From a virus: a stretch of DNA of 64,000 nucleotides. A program made the translations under genes and the position numbers. The notes below the pieces were generated by a model. The model had not been told where the DNA came from. It made no database searches and was given only the letters and a program-made list of their open reading frames with translations. Location: the IMG/VR virus record IMGVR_UViG_3300036444_000030, positions 5,965 through 69,964 of that record; one strand, given 5' to 3'. Below are positions 56,168 to 64,000 of this stretch, piece by piece (within the stretch, counting starts at the first letter, position 1; each line of letters starts with the position of its first letter).

Positions 56168-57462
56168 AGGCGCACGCTCGATTATCACCCTCATCGGCGG
56201 ATCGGTGGATGACCTGCACGGCTTCGGTCGCGCTGATCGACCATTTGGTCGCCAAGGGTGAGTTGAGCGAAAGCGATCTTGATGAAGATTGCGATGCGCC
56301 CGTCGTCGACGATGAGGATGAGCAGGATTATTCGGCCTATGAGGGCGAGACGCTTGACCTGAGCAGGGACTCCACCGCCTATTCGGCCGAAGGGACCGTT
56401 ATGCATGAGATCAGGGAGCATTGCCTTGATCTTGGATGCGACCCGCATCATTTCGTCGGCGCCACGCTGACAGCCGACGGTCATTCGTTCAAGATTGACG
56501 ACCATATGGCTGATCGTCTCGTTGCGGGTATCGACTGGATCCGCCAGCACACAAACAATCCGCTCGTTGAGATACGAGTTGACCTGTCGCATTGGCTGCC
56601 CGGTCAGTTTGGCACCTGCGACACTGCATTCCTGTACCGAAAGATGCTCGGCGTCAGCGACTACAAGGATGGGGCAGGGGAGCCAGTCGAGGTTGTCGGC
56701 ACGAGGCAGCTCCGTCTCTACGCCCTCGGCGCTTGGGAGCACCTTGGTCGCCCGCAGGTCGAGGATGTCGTTCTGAATATCGACCAGCCCCGCGCGGGTG
56801 GGATGAAGTTTTGGGAAATCACGCTCGCCGAGCTGCTGGAGTTTGGCGAGGAAGTGAAACGGGTGTTCTCGCGGATCGAGCGGGGCGACGTGGAATTCGT
56901 TCCGTCGACGAAGGGCTGCCGCTGGTGCCCCGTGCGCAAGACGAAGCGCGGTTGTGCGGCGCGCAATCAGTGGCTCATGCAGATGTTTGGCAGTGCATTG
57001 CTCGACCCGAGCGAGCCTGAGCCGAAGTTCACGGACCCCGCGCAGATGCCGCGCGCCCTGCGCTTCTACATCGTCAATCATTCCAAGGCCGCACGTGCCT
57101 GGCTCACCGAGCTGCACCAGCAGTCGCTGCAGGCGGCGCTGGATGGCGACCCCGACCCCGGTTCCAAGGCCATCGATGGCGGGCTCGGAAACAGATACTT
57201 CACCGCGCCTGCCGAGGCAGAGGCCATTTTGGTCGGGGCACTGGGTGAGAAGGCCTACAAGCCACGCCAACTCATCGGCTTCACGGACATCGACCGGCTC
57301 ATGAAGCCGGGCAAGCGAAAGAAGGGTATGCCCGAACCGTGGGACGCTCTGCAGGAACTGGTCGACCGACCAGACGGGAAACCGAAACTGGTTCCCGTAG
57401 ACCACCCAAAGCCGGCGTTAGAGGTCACGCCGATTGCGGATCAATTTGAAGACCTCGACTAA
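56164..57462 (+). CDS. DUF2800 PD-(D/E)xK (Cas4-like) exonuclease
   Basis: HARLSPSSADRW..C, EGTVMH, FGTCD, DYKDG, QLRLYALG, CRWC. Confidence 0.9.
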   Translation: MKAHARLSPSSADRWMTCTASVALIDHLVAKGELSESDLDEDCDAPVVDDEDEQDYSAYEGETLDLSRDSTAYSAEGTVMHEIREHCLDLGCDPHHFVGATLTADGHSFKIDDHMADRLVAGIDWIRQHTNNPLVEIRVDLSHWLPGQFGTCDTAFLYRKMLGVSDYKDGAGEPVEVVGTRQLRLYALGAWEHLGRPQVEDVVLNIDQPRAGGMKFWEITLAELLEFGEEVKRVFSRIERGDVEFVPSTKGCRWCPVRKTKRGCAARNQWLMQMFGSALLDPSEPEPKFTDPAQMPRALRFYIVNHSKAARAWLTELHQQSLQAALDGDPDPGSKAIDGGLGNRYFTAPAEAEAILVGALGEKAYKPRQLIGFTDIDRLMKPGKRKKGMPEPWDALQELVDRPDGKPKLVPVDHPKPALEVTPIADQFEDLD

Positions 57463-57507
57463 CCACAGCCGCTGCAACCGAACTACCGAGAAAAAGGAAA
57501 CCGACAA

Positions 57508-58236
57508 ATGGCAATCGAAGAAAAATCCGACGGTCGCACCGTCCAGTTGAAGCGCGTTCGTCTGTCCTTCACCGACTCGTTGAAGGAAAAAAAGAAGACG
57601 AGCGACGATCCCAACGCGAAGCCGAAACACGGCTTGAATATCATCAATGAAAAGGATTCGCCTCACTATGAGGAGAACCACAAGAAAATCATGGCAGCTA
57701 TTCGTGCGGCCGGTGAGAAGCAGTGGAAGAATCCCGACGCCTATAAGGATATTCTCGAAGACAATCCGAAGCGGGTTTGCTTCCGCAAAGGCGAGAAGTT
57801 CAAGAACAAAGAGGGCAAACCTTACGCTGGTTACGAGGGCAACTACGCCTTCTCGGCGTCTGGTCCTTCGGCAGGGCAGAAACGCCCGAAGCTTCTCGAT
57901 CGTCGCAAACGTGGTCTGCGCGATCAGGCTTCCGCGGAACAGGTCAAGGCCGACAAGGTGTTTGAGGAGGCTGAAATCCTCGATATCTTCTATGGCGGCG
58001 TTTACGCGGACGTGATCGTATCGTTTTTCGGCACGGACAAGGGTTCTCGCGGCATCTTCGCTTCGGCGGAAGCTATCCGCTCTCACGAAGAAGGCGAGCG
58101 CATGGGCGGCGGCATCTACGTCGACGCCGACGACTTCGATGATCTTGAAGAAGACGACAGCTTCGATAGCGGCCCGTCGACCTCCTCGGAAAAAGAGACC
58201 AAGTCCTCGTCTGACGACGATCTCCTCGACTTCTGA
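57508..58236 (+). CDS. ssDNA-binding protein (DUF2815 family)
   Basis: VRLSF, FYGGVYAD, EGERMGGG; acidic tail. Confidence 0.9.
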   Translation: MAIEEKSDGRTVQLKRVRLSFTDSLKEKKKTSDDPNAKPKHGLNIINEKDSPHYEENHKKIMAAIRAAGEKQWKNPDAYKDILEDNPKRVCFRKGEKFKNKEGKPYAGYEGNYAFSASGPSAGQKRPKLLDRRKRGLRDQASAEQVKADKVFEEAEILDIFYGGVYADVIVSFFGTDKGSRGIFASAEAIRSHEEGERMGGGIYVDADDFDDLEEDDSFDSGPSTSSEKETKSSSDDDLLDF

Positions 58237-58300
58237 TCCAGCGGAACTGGCGGCATTACTGTGTCGCCAGTTTCAACTTTTGAGAGGAATTCCTTGAGCC

Positions 58301-59539
58301 ATGGGTGCGAAGCCGTATGCCCTCTACAATGAAATTGACGAATACGCCGCCGACTGGCTCGAAAACCTTATTGCCCTTGGAGTCATTGCGCCGGGCATTG
58401 TCGATCGACGAAGCGTTGAAGATTTGCGTGGGGATGACCTTAGAGGATTTCGACAGGTTCATCTTTTTGCTGGCATCGGAGTTTGGAGTTACGCCTTCCG
58501 TCGCGCTGGCGTCTCGGATGACACTGCAATTTGGTCCCTCTCATGTCCCTGCCAACCTTTCTCCGCGGCAGGCAAAGGAGCAGGGGTGGATGACGAGCGG
58601 CACCTTTGGCCGCACGCCCACCATCTCATCCGAGAGTGCCGCCCTGCAAAAGTCTATGGCGAGCAGGTTGCAAGCAAGGACGGACTTACTTGGCTCGACA
58701 TTGTATCGAATGACATGGAAGGATCGGACTACGCCTTTGGGGCGGTTGATACCTGCAGTGCGAGCGTCGGCGCACCGCACATCCGGCAAAGACTCCGGTT
58801 CCATGCCTACGATCTACGATCTGCCGCAAGCAGGGTTTCCCTCGCCGAGAGCGTCGGACGCCGGCCGGGGAGCGGATTTGAAACGAAGGGATCACGATTC
58901 CCACAATTCCGACTTGGTGACAGTGACATCGCTCGCCGGCCGGCCGACTGCGACAGTCACGAACCACGGCAAGGGCGAGACACCGGAAGCGCGCAAGGCG
59001 AAGGGGTTTGGCCTCAATCTGGCGGACGCGGTCAGTCTGTCTGGATGGACGACGACGACGACGACGAGGGACTGGAAGGATTCAGGGGCGGACATCAAGC
59101 CTCGATCCGACACGGGGAAAGATCGATTCGACCAACTCCCGCGTCAGGCGAATTTGGCGGGATGGCAGACGCCGACGACGGACAACTTTCGGTCCCGTGG
59201 CGGGGATCGCAAAGACGAAATGGGTCCACAGCAACTGATGCAGAATTTGTCGGAACCAGCCCGACTAACGGTTTCTGGCGAGATGCTGATTGGCTCTTTT
59301 GCCGGGATGGAAAGTGGCGGCCAGTTGAACCCGGCACATTCCCGCTGGCTCATGGCGCTGCCTCCCGAGTGGGATCAGGCAGCGCCTTTGAAGGCAAGTC
59401 GCGCCAAGGAATGCTCAAAGGTTACGGGAACGCCGTCGACGCGGAAGCGACGCGCGTCTTCATCCAAGCCTGTGCCGACTTCTTTGCTCATTTGGATGCT
59501 CGCCGCGTGACGGCAGAATTGATCGGAGACCTGCTGTGA
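58301..59539 (+). CDS. C5 cytosine DNA methyltransferase, alpha polypeptide
   Basis: LFAGIG (motif I), CPCQPFS (IV), EQV (VI), HIRQRL (VIII), LKGYGNAV (X). Confidence 0.92.
   Translation: MGAKPYALYNEIDEYAADWLENLIALGVIAPGIVDRRSVEDLRGDDLRGFRQVHLFAGIGVWSYAFRRAGVSDDTAIWSLSCPCQPFSAAGKGAGVDDERHLWPHAHHLIRECRPAKVYGEQVASKDGLTWLDIVSNDMEGSDYAFGAVDTCSASVGAPHIRQRLRFHAYDLRSAASRVSLAESVGRRPGSGFETKGSRFPQFRLGDSDIARRPADCDSHEPRQGRDTGSAQGEGVWPQSGGRGQSVWMDDDDDDEGLEGFRGGHQASIRHGERSIRPTPASGEFGGMADADDGQLSVPWRGSQRRNGSTATDAEFVGTSPTNGFWRDADWLFCRDGKWRPVEPGTFPLAHGAASRVGSGSAFEGKSRQGMLKGYGNAVDAEATRVFIQACADFFAHLDARRVTAELIGDLL
58305..59510 (+). CDS. Overlapping +1-frame ORF, probable methyltransferase beta polypeptide (true start uncertain)
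   Basis: 401 open codons; four (A/S)G-x-x-(T/S) repeats; [18 protein letters not shown] resembles motif IX. Confidence 0.7.
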   Translation: MRSRMPSTMKLTNTPPTGSKTLLPLESLRRALSIDEALKICVGMTLEDFDRFIFLLASEFGVTPSVALASRMTLQFGPSHVPANLSPRQAKEQGWMTSGTFGRTPTISSESAALQKSMASRLQARTDLLGSTLYRMTWKDRTTPLGRLIPAVRASAHRTSGKDSGSMPTIYDLPQAGFPSPRASDAGRGADLKRRDHDSHNSDLVTVTSLAGRPTATVTNHGKGETPEARKAKGFGLNLADAVSLSGWTTTTTTRDWKDSGADIKPRSDTGKDRFDQLPRQANLAGWQTPTTDNFRSRGGDRKDEMGPQQLMQNLSEPARLTVSGEMLIGSFAGMESGGQLNPAHSRWLMALPPEWDQAAPLKASRAKECSKVTGTPSTRKRRASSSKPVPTSLLIWMLAA

Positions 59540-59730
59540 GCCGCTTTTACTACGTTCATCCCGAGAGTGGGTGCGCTTTCTCCTCGGAAGTCCCTCCAGA
59601 GGTGGTTTTGGCATCCGGAGACGGCCTCTGCATGGAGGTTGACCGGCACGAATATCTGAAAAGCTGCATCGAGTGGGGAATCGAACCCGACCTCGAACCC
59701 ATCGCCGACCTGCTAGGAGACCTCCTATGA
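59536..59730 (+). CDS. Hypothetical protein ending IADLLGDLL
   Basis: Coupled to both neighbours; HPESGC motif. Confidence 0.7.
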   Translation: MSRFYYVHPESGCAFSSEVPPEVVLASGDGLCMEVDRHEYLKSCIEWGIEPDLEPIADLLGDLL

Positions 59731-60353
59731 AATTCACCGACCTCATGATCGACCTTGAAACCCTTGGAACCGCCGTGAACGCACCTGTCGTTGCGATCGG
59801 CGCCGTTTTCTTCAATCCTGAGACCGGTGAACTCGGCGAGACCTTCGATGCAGCGATCGATGTCGAAGACGCAATGCGCTACGGCAAGGCGTCGGGCTCG
59901 ACCATTCGCTGGTGGCTCGGGCAGGGCGATGCAGCGCGCCAGAAGGTCGTTCGCGGCAAGCATCCGTCACACCTCGTTTTCACGAAGTTCCATGAGTTCT
60001 GTTTGAAGCACGGCGATAACGTGAAGCCGTGGGGCAACGGCGCTTCGTTCGACATCTCGATCCTCGAATATGCGTTCGGACGGATCATTGAGCGCCCCGC
60101 TCCGTGGAAATTCTGGAATGTGTGCGACTGCCGGACGATCAAGCGATTGGCTGACGGCATAGTTACTTTCGACGAAAAACTCGAGGGGACCGCACATACA
60201 GCTCTCGATGACGCCAAGCATCAGGCGAAATGGGTTTCCGTTTACTGGCAAGGGTTACGTCGTCGTTCACAGGTGCAAACCTCTCTGCCGTCGTCGTCTG
60301 CGGGTTGGAGCACTCCGACTAATGCAGCATCGGACTTGCTCGACGGCCTTTGA
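59727..60353 (+). CDS. DEDDh 3'-5' exonuclease (ExoVIII/Rv2179c-like)
   Basis: MIDLETLG, WGNGASFD, DCRT, HTALDDA.HQA. Confidence 0.92.
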   Translation: MKFTDLMIDLETLGTAVNAPVVAIGAVFFNPETGELGETFDAAIDVEDAMRYGKASGSTIRWWLGQGDAARQKVVRGKHPSHLVFTKFHEFCLKHGDNVKPWGNGASFDISILEYAFGRIIERPAPWKFWNVCDCRTIKRLADGIVTFDEKLEGTAHTALDDAKHQAKWVSVYWQGLRRRSQVQTSLPSSSAGWSTPTNAASDLLDGL

Positions 60354-61759
60354 TGTCTCTCCGCACCCGCTCAGCCTTGCGTGCCGGCCAGCAGGCTATT
60401 AGCCGCATCGTTCGCACCGAAAAGGCCAAACTGATCATCAGCGGCATGGGCTCTGGCAAGACTGGCGCCACGCTTGATGGATTGACCTACCTGCTGAACC
60501 GTTTCGACGTTCAGCACGTCCTTGTCATCGCCCCTCGCTATGTAGCTCTGAACACGTGGCACGACGAGGTTAAGGCGTGGGCGCACACGCAGGCCATCTC
60601 CTGCGCTATCGCCGTGGGCGACGCTTCCGAGCGTGCCGCCGCAATCGCGCAGGGTGCCGAGATTACGACCATCAATCCGGAGAACCTGTCATGGTTGGCG
60701 AAGCATATTCGCACGGTCGAGAACTGGATTTGGGACACGGTCATCATCGACGAGTCCAGCCGATTCAAGGCAGGTGAAGCGCGAACTAAGGCCACCAAGA
60801 CCAAGCGTGCTGATGGGACTGTTCGCGCCTCAAAGGGTGGCAACATGACCCGGTTTGGGATCATGACGACGGCGCGCAGAAAGATCGAACGGATTTTCCT
60901 TTTGACCGGCACGCCTGCACCGCAGGGTGTTATAGACCTATGGGCGCAGTCATATCTGCTCGACCAAGGGAAAGCCCTCGGCCGCAGCAAGTCCGATTTC
61001 GAGAAAGAGTATTTTGACAAAGACCGGTTCACGCATGCCGTGACGATCAAGCCCGGAGCCGAGGAGAAGATCCTTTCGAAGATCGACCATCTCATCGTCA
61101 CGATCCCGCAGGAGAAAGTGACGGAGGAACCTCAGTTCATTCCGATGCCGGTCGACCTGCCGGCGAAAGCGTTCGAAGAATACAAAGACTTCGAGAGAAC
61201 GCTTTACACCGAGCCTTACGACGTGGAGGCAGTTTCGAGCGGTGTCCTCGCGAACAAACTCTTGCAATTTGCTAACGGCAGTCTCTACCGCGAAGACCGC
61301 AGCGTTGTGGAAATTCATGACGCCAAGCTGGCGGCATTGGAAGAACTCGTCGAAACCGCACACGGCGAGAACCTGCTTATTTTCTACAGCTTCAAATTCG
61401 ACAAGGATAAAATCAAGACCCGGTATCCTGATGCGGTGGTCGCCAACGACTATAAGGGTGACCTCGTCGGCGACTGGAACAAGGGAAAGATCCGGAAGCT
61501 GCTGGCGCATCCAGCGTCGATCGGACATGGTACCAACCTTCAGTACGGTGGGCATATCGCCGCCTGGTATGGTCTGACATTCTCCCTCGAGCTTTGGCAG
61601 CAGGCGAACATGCGCCTTCCGCGACCCGGTCAGACGCGCCAAGTCTTGATTTATCCGATAATTGCACGCGGGACATATGATGAAAGAGCGCTCTCAGTCC
61701 TTAGCCGCAAGGAATCGACGCAAGACCACATCATTCAAACATTTGCAATGAAACCTTGA
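60353..61759 (+). CDS. SNF2-related SF2 helicase
   Basis: MGSGKT, IDESS, LTGTP, HPASIGHGTNLQ, QANMRL.RPGQ. Confidence 0.93.
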   Translation: MSLRTRSALRAGQQAISRIVRTEKAKLIISGMGSGKTGATLDGLTYLLNRFDVQHVLVIAPRYVALNTWHDEVKAWAHTQAISCAIAVGDASERAAAIAQGAEITTINPENLSWLAKHIRTVENWIWDTVIIDESSRFKAGEARTKATKTKRADGTVRASKGGNMTRFGIMTTARRKIERIFLLTGTPAPQGVIDLWAQSYLLDQGKALGRSKSDFEKEYFDKDRFTHAVTIKPGAEEKILSKIDHLIVTIPQEKVTEEPQFIPMPVDLPAKAFEEYKDFERTLYTEPYDVEAVSSGVLANKLLQFANGSLYREDRSVVEIHDAKLAALEELVETAHGENLLIFYSFKFDKDKIKTRYPDAVVANDYKGDLVGDWNKGKIRKLLAHPASIGHGTNLQYGGHIAAWYGLTFSLELWQQANMRLPRPGQTRQVLIYPIIARGTYDERALSVLSRKESTQDHIIQTFAMKP

Positions 61760-61839
61760 CTTTCACATTAGATGTGACATTTCATGACGGTGAATCGGGG
61801 CGCTTGACGTCTTGATATTCCGTTTTGAAAGGATTCACT

Positions 61840-62520
61840 GTGAGCGTTCCCTTCCGGACACCTGACAAACAGGTGCATCCTGAGTTTGCCCGTCGAATGG
61901 TACAGGCTGCTGACAGCAATTACCAGGTTCCGGCACCCAACGAAGGTCGCCTCCGCTGGTTCTCAGAGCAGTTCGAGCAGCGCGGACACAAGGTTTCCAT
62001 GGAGACCATCCGGAAGTGGTTCGCCGGCATGACGGTGCCGCGAGCGAAATTGCTCATCCCACTGGCCGAAATTCTCAAGGTTGATGCGGGCTGGCTTGCG
62101 GCCGGAACACCTGCGAAGCTCACGGGTGCTCAGCAGCGCGCGAACGTAATGGCCGAGCAGGGCGCTACGAACGTTATCGCCGGCTTCGTTCAGATGGACG
62201 GTGGTCAAGCTGCGTTTCCCGGCCCCAACGACCGGGAGGCACGTGATAAGTCGATAGACATGCACGCGATCATCCGCGGGGCGAAATACGATATTACCAT
62301 CACGACACTTGTTCAGGGGCAATTCAAAGTCCCGGTCTCTGCGGCGGAGAACATCATTCTGGCGGTAGCCCGCGAGCCTACGCCCGGTTTTGGTGTGAAG
62401 GTGCTGGAGATCGACTGGGCCCGAGGTCTCGAAGTCGGAAAACTGGAGAACGGCGCGCTCATTCTCGACGACAACCTCGAAAACTGGCGAGAAGTAAAAT
62501 CGTTCACTGAGAGGCTTTAG
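61840..62520 (+). CDS. HTH (XRE-like) regulator, probable immunity repressor
   Basis: VSMETIRKWFAG...PR...LAEILKV...WL..G; operator at 61762-61778 in its promoter; next to att. Confidence 0.75.
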   Translation: MSVPFRTPDKQVHPEFARRMVQAADSNYQVPAPNEGRLRWFSEQFEQRGHKVSMETIRKWFAGMTVPRAKLLIPLAEILKVDAGWLAAGTPAKLTGAQQRANVMAEQGATNVIAGFVQMDGGQAAFPGPNDREARDKSIDMHAIIRGAKYDITITTLVQGQFKVPVSAAENIILAVAREPTPGFGVKVLEIDWARGLEVGKLENGALILDDNLENWREVKSFTERL

Positions 62521-62610
62521 GTCCCGATACGTCTCAATACATCAACTGAGAACGTGGTATAATTTTGTGGTTCTGCAATTGTAACCAATTGTTTTCAAAC
62601 GAAATTAGGT

Positions 62611-62627
62611 TCCCTCCGGGCCCACCA
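62611..62627 (+). other. att core: duplicated tRNA 3' end TCCCTCCGGGCCCACCA
   Basis: T-arm 3' side, acceptor stem and CCA with no tRNA body upstream; from memory it matches the alphaproteobacterial CAT-anticodon (Ile2/Met) tRNA; sits at the phage/host boundary. Confidence 0.8.
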
Positions 62628-62784
62628 TTTTTCTCATATTTTAGACAAAATAGCGAGATTCCAGGCAGCGGATCCCTATTTTATCGATCATCGCCCTCTT
62701 CTGGATTTTTTGTTCCATCCAACAAAAATCCGACCAGCCGGTTAGGCTGATCGGATCATCTAGATTGAGTTTTCAGCTATCGGG

Positions 62785-63156
62785 TCAGTTACAAACCCGC
62801 ATACTCTCCGTATGCCAGCCGCCGTCATAAGAATTGGGAACGCGGCGGTCTTCGAACCAGCAGCGCGGCGGGGGCGGCGGTGGCGGTTCGTAGTAGCGGG
62901 GGCCGCCGTTGCCGTTGGCGATGGCGCCGCCGATCAGGCCGCCGATGACGCCTGCGGCGAGGCCGCCGGCAATCGCTGCGCCATCATTGTGGCGGCGATG
63001 TTCGCGGTAGGGCGGCGGAGGTGGGCCGCCACGGTCATAACCCCGGTCGTAGCGCGGGCGATAGGGATAGTCCTGCGCGGCAGCGGTGCCATAGGATGCA
63101 AAAATGCTGCCGGTGGCGACCAGCGCGGCAATAGTGGAAAGAATTATCTTTTTCAT
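62785..63156 (-). CDS. Host exported Pro/Gly-rich protein with glycine-zipper segment
   Basis: Signal peptide; GLAAGVIGGLIGGAIA; poly-Pro. Confidence 0.8.
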   Translation of the reverse strand: MKKIILSTIAALVATGSIFASYGTAAAQDYPYRPRYDRGYDRGGPPPPPYREHRRHNDGAAIAGGLAAGVIGGLIGGAIANGNGGPRYYEPPPPPPPRCWFEDRRVPNSYDGGWHTESMRVCN

Positions 63157-63316
63157 CGGGGGCTACTCCATAAGCCTGCTTCGGGAGATAGAGGCTCATT
63201 ATGCCCGGATGATGGCACGGGACGGGTGAACGGCCTGTGAATATCTCATTTTCAAGCGGTTCATATTTTCCTGATTTCCGACTGCAGGATCGCGGAAGAT
63301 GCACGCTTTCCGCAAT

Positions 63317-63346
63317 AAAAAAGCCCGGCGGACGGCCGGGCTTCTT
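63317..63346 (-). terminator. Intrinsic terminator after the outer membrane protein gene
   Basis: Minus strand AAGCCCGGC-CGTCC-GCCGGGCTT followed by a T run. Confidence 0.85.
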
Positions 63347-63367
63347 GTCGAAATCCTTCGGTCGCGA

Positions 63368-64000
63368 TCAGAACTTCACGCCGAGACCCACTTTCACAGT
63401 GTGCTGGTCGACATCGGTGTTGATACCGAAGATGTCCTTGTCGCTATAGTCGTTGTATCGATATTCCAGCCTGCCGAACACGTTGTCGGTGAAGGCATAG
63501 TCCAGACCCGCGCCGACGGTATAGCCGTTGAACGTGGTGCTGTCCTTGCCGGCTCCGGGCGTTTCGATGAAGCCGCGTGTCGCGGTCCAGCCAGCGGTGG
63601 CATAGAGCAGGGCGTGGTCGAAGGCATAGCCGACGCGGCCGCGAACGGAACCCTGCCAGTCGGTACCGATCTGCACGCCGGCATAGTCATTGTCGTTCCA
63701 GTTATAATCGACATCACCTTCGATGCCGAGCACCAGATTATTGTCGAACTGGTAATTGTAACCAACGAAGGCGCCGAGAATGCCGCCATCGAAATTATCC
63801 GAGGCGACCGGGCCGCCGGCCGAAAAATCGCCATTTGCCCAGCCCGCGCCGCCTTGAATACCAAGATAGGGGCCAGACCAGGTGAAGACCGGCAGGGTTT
63901 CCTGCGCGACCGGAGGTGCGGGCGTTTCGTAGACGGCATCCGCGGCCATTGCGGTGCTGGCCGACAGGGCCAGGAGTGACGTTACGATCAGCGTTTTCAT
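63368..64000 (-). CDS. Host outer membrane protein, Omp25/RopB family
   Basis: Signal peptide; FTWSGPYLG, GYNYQF, RGRVGYAFD, EYRY; terminal Phe. Confidence 0.93.
   Translation of the reverse strand: MKTLIVTSLLALSASTAMAADAVYETPAPPVAQETLPVFTWSGPYLGIQGGAGWANGDFSAGGPVASDNFDGGILGAFVGYNYQFDNNLVLGIEGDVDYNWNDNDYAGVQIGTDWQGSVRGRVGYAFDHALLYATAGWTATRGFIETPGAGKDSTTFNGYTVGAGLDYAFTDNVFGRLEYRYNDYSDKDIFGINTDVDQHTVKVGLGVKF

Larger units (their letters stand above)
1..62627. mobile_element. Temperate siphovirus prophage, chi/AH2-like gene order (left end lies outside the window)
   Basis: Contiguous terminase-portal-capsid-tail-lysis module, early arm, cos-like site, primase/SSB/helicase, repressor, and a tRNA-3'-end att core at 62611-62627 followed by host genes. 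Confidence 0.95.

Noticed and set aside
5142-57405. Long antisense ORFs (for example 5142-6173, 8238-9158, 11301-12467, 48052-49110, 56191-57405)
   Set aside because: Shadow frames of GC-rich genes with no recognisable motifs or RBS
56164-57462. Cas4 / CRISPR adaptation gene
   Set aside because: It is the DUF2800 exonuclease normally found beside the DUF2815 SSB in this phage type
59048-59067. Phase variation at the (GAC)n run in the methyltransferase
   Set aside because: A trinucleotide unit keeps both frames; it only lengthens poly-Asp and poly-Thr tracts
62550-62627. Intact tRNA gene
   Set aside because: Only the 3' 17 nt are tRNA-like; upstream sequence cannot form the D and anticodon arms

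Overview
Nearly the whole window (1 to about 62,627) is the right-hand part of a temperate siphophage prophage in a Rhizobiaceae (Agrobacterium/Rhizobium-like) chromosome. Its layout resembles chi/AH2/BcepNazgul (Casjensviridae-like) phages. In order: lambda-type head genes, tail and lysis genes (+ strand, 1-24.8 kb); a long leftward early/accessory arm (27.8-51 kb); a lambda-like cos site and a palindromic putative origin (51.3-51.7 kb); a primase; a rightward replication module (DUF2800 nuclease, SSB, Dcm, exonuclease, SNF2 helicase); an HTH repressor; and an att core matching a tRNA 3' end. Two host genes follow (an exported Pro/Gly-rich protein and Omp25/RopB). No integrase, terminase small subunit or DNA polymerase is visible here. 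Main unexplained signals: (1) a two-gene moron bracketed by six ATTTCTCCGAGG repeats, whose exported product is a stand-alone copy of part of this phage's own tape-measure protein, a candidate decoy-type superinfection exclusion system; (2) host core genes tmk-holB inside the prophage; (3) a shared acidic D-D/L-L tail on 11 or more unrelated phage proteins; (4) about 25 dispersed TTCAC-N7-GTGAA operator-like sites, some fused to Shine-Dalgarno sequences; (5) a C5 methyltransferase split over two overlapping frames; (6) a C4 antisense RNA-antirepressor unit, two LexA boxes, and a CCUCCUCCC-loop RNA. All family assignments come from motif recognition by eye; no searches were run.
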